From positions 1 through 64,000 of the forward strand of contig CAVVYR010000019.1 of NCBI GenBank assembly GCA_963752475.1: a DNA stretch of 64,000 nucleotides, written 5' to 3'. Each line of letters starts with the position of its first letter. Position 1 is the first letter of the stretch. This DNA is from an uncultured Chloroflexia bacterium. Its GTDB lineage: Bacteria; Chloroflexota; Limnocylindria; Limnocylindrales; CSP1-4. The translations under genes and the position numbers were made by a program. Under the pieces are notes generated by a model. It was not told the origin of the DNA, searched no databases, and saw only the letters and a list, made by a program, of their open reading frames with translations. Positions 60,604-64,000 of the stretch are shown piece by piece.

Positions 60604-62040
60604 GTGCCCAACGAAACCCAGTCCTACGACGTCGTCGTCCTTGGCGGCGGCACCGGCGGCTACGGCGCCGCGTTCCGTGCCGGCCAGCTCGGCCTCAAGG
60701 TCGCCCTGGTCGATGACAACCCAGCAGGTCTCGGCGGCACGTGCCTCCATATCGGCTGCATCCCGACCAAGGCCATGCTGGCCTCGGCCGACCTGCTCGA
60801 CCATATGAAGCACTCCTCGGACTTCGGCATCACGGTCGACGGGGCGACGGCCGATCATGCGGCCATCGCAGCGCGCCGCGACAAGATCGTCGAGCGGCTG
60901 GTGAAGGGCGTGACCAGCCTGGCCAAGAAGAACAAGGTCGAGTACATCGTGGGCCGTGGCAAGCTCGAGGGCCCACAGCAGATCCGCGTCCAGACGAAGG
61001 ATGCCGAGGGCAAGTCCAGCGGCGAGGTCATCCTCAAGGCCAAGGACGTCGTGCTCGCGACCGGTTCACGCGTGAAGTCGCTGCCGGGGCTGGAGCCCGA
61101 TGGGAAGCGCATCGTGACCTCGGACGACGTACTGCGATCGTCCGAGGTGCCTGGCTCGATCATCGTCGTCGGTGCCGGCGCGGTGGGCGTGGAGTTCGCC
61201 TCCTACTATCAAGACATGGGTGCCGAGGTGACCGTCCTCGAGTACTTCCCGGCGGTCGTGCCGCTGGAGGATGCCGAGGTCTCCAAGGAGATGGAGCGGG
61301 CCTTCAAGAAGCGCGGTATCAAGGTCATCACCTCCGCGCGCTTCGACCCGTCGGCGGTCAAGGTCGACGACTCGGGCGTGTCCGTGATGGTCGGCCCCGA
61401 GGGCGGCGAGGCTTCCGAGGTCCGTGCCGAGCAGATGCTGGTGGCCACCGGTCGCGCTGCCAACGTCGAGGGCGTGGGCCTGGAGACGACGCGGGCCGTG
61501 GTCACCGACCGCGGGGTCGTCGAGACCGATGAGCAGATGCGCACGGCCGACCCGCACCTCTACGCCGTGGGTGACGTCGCCGGGGGCTTGTGGCTGGCGC
61601 ACGTGGCCACGCACGAGGGCATCATCGCCGCGCACGCCATCGCCGACGAGGAGACCGAGGCGATCGACTACGTGAAGATGCCGCGGGCCACGTACTCGCG
61701 GCCGCAGGTGGCTTCGATCGGCCTGACCACGCAGCAGTGCGAGGAGCGGGGCATCAAGACCAAGGTCGGCAAGATGCCCATGATGGCCGTGGGCAAGGCC
61801 ATCATCGATGGCGACACGACCGGCTTCGTCAAGGTCATCGCCGATGCTGAGACCGACGAGGTCCTGGGCGTGCACATGATCGGCCACCACGTGACCGAGC
61901 TCATCGCCGAGTCCTCGACCGCGATGCTCCTCGAGGCCACGGCCTGGGAGATCGGCGGTGCCGTCCATCCGCATCCGACGCTCTCGGAGGCCATGGGCGA
62001 GGCGGCCATGCTCGTCGACGGCAAGTCCATCAACTTCTAG
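60604..62040 (+). CDS. lpdA: dihydrolipoyl dehydrogenase (E3)
   Basis: GGGTGG, GGTCLHIGCIPTK, HPHPTLSE. Confidence 0.95.
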   Translation: MPNETQSYDVVVLGGGTGGYGAAFRAGQLGLKVALVDDNPAGLGGTCLHIGCIPTKAMLASADLLDHMKHSSDFGITVDGATADHAAIAARRDKIVERLVKGVTSLAKKNKVEYIVGRGKLEGPQQIRVQTKDAEGKSSGEVILKAKDVVLATGSRVKSLPGLEPDGKRIVTSDDVLRSSEVPGSIIVVGAGAVGVEFASYYQDMGAEVTVLEYFPAVVPLEDAEVSKEMERAFKKRGIKVITSARFDPSAVKVDDSGVSVMVGPEGGEASEVRAEQMLVATGRAANVEGVGLETTRAVVTDRGVVETDEQMRTADPHLYAVGDVAGGLWLAHVATHEGIIAAHAIADEETEAIDYVKMPRATYSRPQVASIGLTTQQCEERGIKTKVGKMPMMAVGKAIIDGDTTGFVKVIADAETDEVLGVHMIGHHVTELIAESSTAMLLEATAWEIGGAVHPHPTLSEAMGEAAMLVDGKSINF

Positions 62041-62313
62041 GGAAACCGGGCACCGCTGAGGCACCTGCACCAGCTGCGCACGTGGTGCCTGACGTCGGGT
62101 GCCGGCTCTGTGCCCGAGCTGCCCAGCCGCCCTGGCGTCTGGCCCCTGGTGCCTGACACCGGCGCTGCCTCACACCGGGCGCTGCCACGATACCCAGGTT
62201 GGTGGCCAGAAGTGGTCGTCTGTTACCTGGGGTCGCCGTAGGCCCGAAAGGAGGCCGTTCAGCCGCCACGGACGCGTCGGCCTATGCCCCCTGGGTGCCT
62301 GAACGAACGTGTG

Positions 62314-63045
62314 CTACCGAGGTTCCACGGCTCGGCGGACGCGCCTGACAGACCCTGTTGTGGGCCGAAGGCCGCCTGAGGTGACATTCGACCAGAAAGA
62401 CAGCGCCGACACGGTACCGTGCGGAGCCCGGAGCCAGCCGCGCATCTTTCGGCCATCGTGAGGGAACGCGCGGCGCAGGATCCGTTCATGTAGATACAGC
62501 CGGCGGCGCTCTGCCCGACTCTTGCGAACGACGACCCAGGAGTTGATGGTGGCCGGATCCCAGCCCTGCTCATGGGCGATCACGCTGCCGAGTCGAGCGC
62601 GCCGATGCATCACGGCGACGAGCCCCTGCGGGTCCACCAACTCCGTCTTCAACTCGATGATGAGCAGGCTCCGGGTCTCGGGATGCCACGCGAGGATATC
62701 GATGACGCCGCGCTCTCCATACTGAGAGAACGTCACCTCTGGCAGCCAGATCCAGCCGTCGAGCCCATCTAGGAATGTCCCGAGCTCGCGATGCAGGTCG
62801 GCGTGGGCAGCGTTGACGATGCGGTCGAGCTCGGCACCTCGATAGCGGAGGTTCATGTCGATCCGGGCGCCGAGGGCGTTCGAGATGGATCGGACCGTAT
62901 CGAGTGGGTAGCGACCGGCCGCCCCGGCCTCGACTCGACCGATCAGCTGGCGTGAAACGCCGGCGCGGCGGGCGACGTCGGATTGGCGAAGGTGCTTGCG
63001 GATGCGCAGCACGCGGAGCGTGTTGCCGAGGCGGATGTCGTCCAT
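62314..63045 (-). CDS. XRE-type HTH protein fused to a PD-(D/E)XK nuclease-like domain
   Basis: LRQSDVARRAGVSRQLIGRVEAG; PEV...IDIL...IIELKT. Confidence 0.72.
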   Translation of the reverse strand: MDDIRLGNTLRVLRIRKHLRQSDVARRAGVSRQLIGRVEAGAAGRYPLDTVRSISNALGARIDMNLRYRGAELDRIVNAAHADLHRELGTFLDGLDGWIWLPEVTFSQYGERGVIDILAWHPETRSLLIIELKTELVDPQGLVAVMHRRARLGSVIAHEQGWDPATINSWVVVRKSRAERRRLYLHERILRRAFPHDGRKMRGWLRAPHGTVSALSFWSNVTSGGLRPTTGSVRRVRRAVEPR

Positions 63046-63165
63046 GACCTGAGCGTGACCGGGGTCACTTCGCTGGGACTGCGTGGACGCTTCGCTAGAA
63101 TGGTCGTCCCAAGCCTTGATGTGCCCCAACGTGACCCAACGAACCTACGTGCCAGGAGTCGACTC

Positions 63166-64000
63166 ATGCCTCAGGTGACCATGCCCCAGCTCGGAGAAGG
63201 AGTAGAGGAGGGCACGATCGGCAAGTGGCTCAAGGCTGTCGGTGATGCCGTCCGGGTCGGTGATCCGCTCGTGGAGGTCGTGACCGACAAGGTCAACGCC
63301 GAGGTCCCCTCGCCGTTCGAGGGCACGCTCACCAAGATCCTCGTGCAGGAGGGCGACACCGTCGGCAACGACGTGCCCATCGCCGAAGTCGACGAGGCCG
63401 GCGCTGCCGCTGTGGCCGACGCACCGGCACCTGCGGCCGAAGCCGACGCTCCGGCACCTGCCGCCCAAGCCGCGCCCGAGCCGGCACCGGCACCAGCACC
63501 GGCGCCAGCAGCACCGGCGGCAGAAGCAGCACCGGCGGCAGCAGCACCAGCGGCAGAAGCAACACCGGCGCCCGCAGCACCAGCGGCAGAAGCAGCACCG
63601 GCGGCAGAAGCAGCACCGGCGCCCGCAGCACGCGGCAGAAGCACCCGGCGCCCGCAGCACCAGCGGCAGAAGCAGCACCGGCGCCAGCAGCAACAGCGCA
63701 GGCCACACCGGCTCCAGCGCCCGCTCCTGCCACTCCGCCCGCACCGACACCCGCCATCCCCAGCAACGTGCGCATGACCCCGTCTGTCCGACGCCTGGCC
63801 CGCGATCTGGGCGTCGACGTCAGCGCCATCTCCGGCTCCGGCATCGGCGGCCGCATCACCCGGGCTGACATCCAGGGAGCCGCAGCCGGTGCCACCAACG
63901 GCTCGGCCCCCGCAGCCCCCGCCGCTCCGGGTACCCCGCCCACGCTGGCTGACACCACTCCGGCGGCCCCCACCGTGAACGCCCTCGTCGACTCCCCGGT
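63166..64000 (+). CDS. 2-oxoacid dehydrogenase E2 (lipoyl and E3-binding domains), 3'-truncated; frameshift in linker at ~63631
   Basis: MPQLGEGV, VTDKV; shifted frame gives TPSVRRLARDLGVD...GSGIGGRITRADI. Confidence 0.88.

Noticed and set aside
63400-63770. novel repeat element
   Set aside because: Ordinary Ala/Pro/Glu linker of an E2 subunit

Overview
High-GC bacterial chromosomal window. The gene style suggests Chloroflexota or Actinomycetota, which is an inference only. About 40 kb (6.8-47 kb) forms one catabolic island. It interleaves two sugar ABC transporters and non-phosphorylative sugar-acid pathway genes with a cobalamin-dependent methyl-transfer kit. The sugar genes include an L-fuconate dehydratase-like enzyme, lactonases, dehydrogenases, a UxaA dehydratase, an RraA/HMG aldolase and a mutarotase. 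The methyl-transfer kit has 3 corrinoid proteins, 4 UroD/MtaA-fold proteins, an AcsE-like CH3-THF methyltransferase and DUF1638, plus metF(V)-folD-fhs. The best candidate for an undescribed system is corrinoid-dependent O-demethylation of methylated sugars coupled to methyl oxidation via THF; this is inferred from gene context and is not demonstrated. Flanks: a DeoR-regulated fused-E1/E2 dehydrogenase operon, an amino-acid ABC transporter, ligD, PBP1A, mutY, nnrE, plsY, lpdA/E2 and an XRE-PD-(D/E)XK gene. At least five apparent frameshifts suggest uncorrected assembly errors. No rRNA, tRNA, CRISPR array or transposase was recognised. All calls come from reading motifs by eye; no database searches were run.
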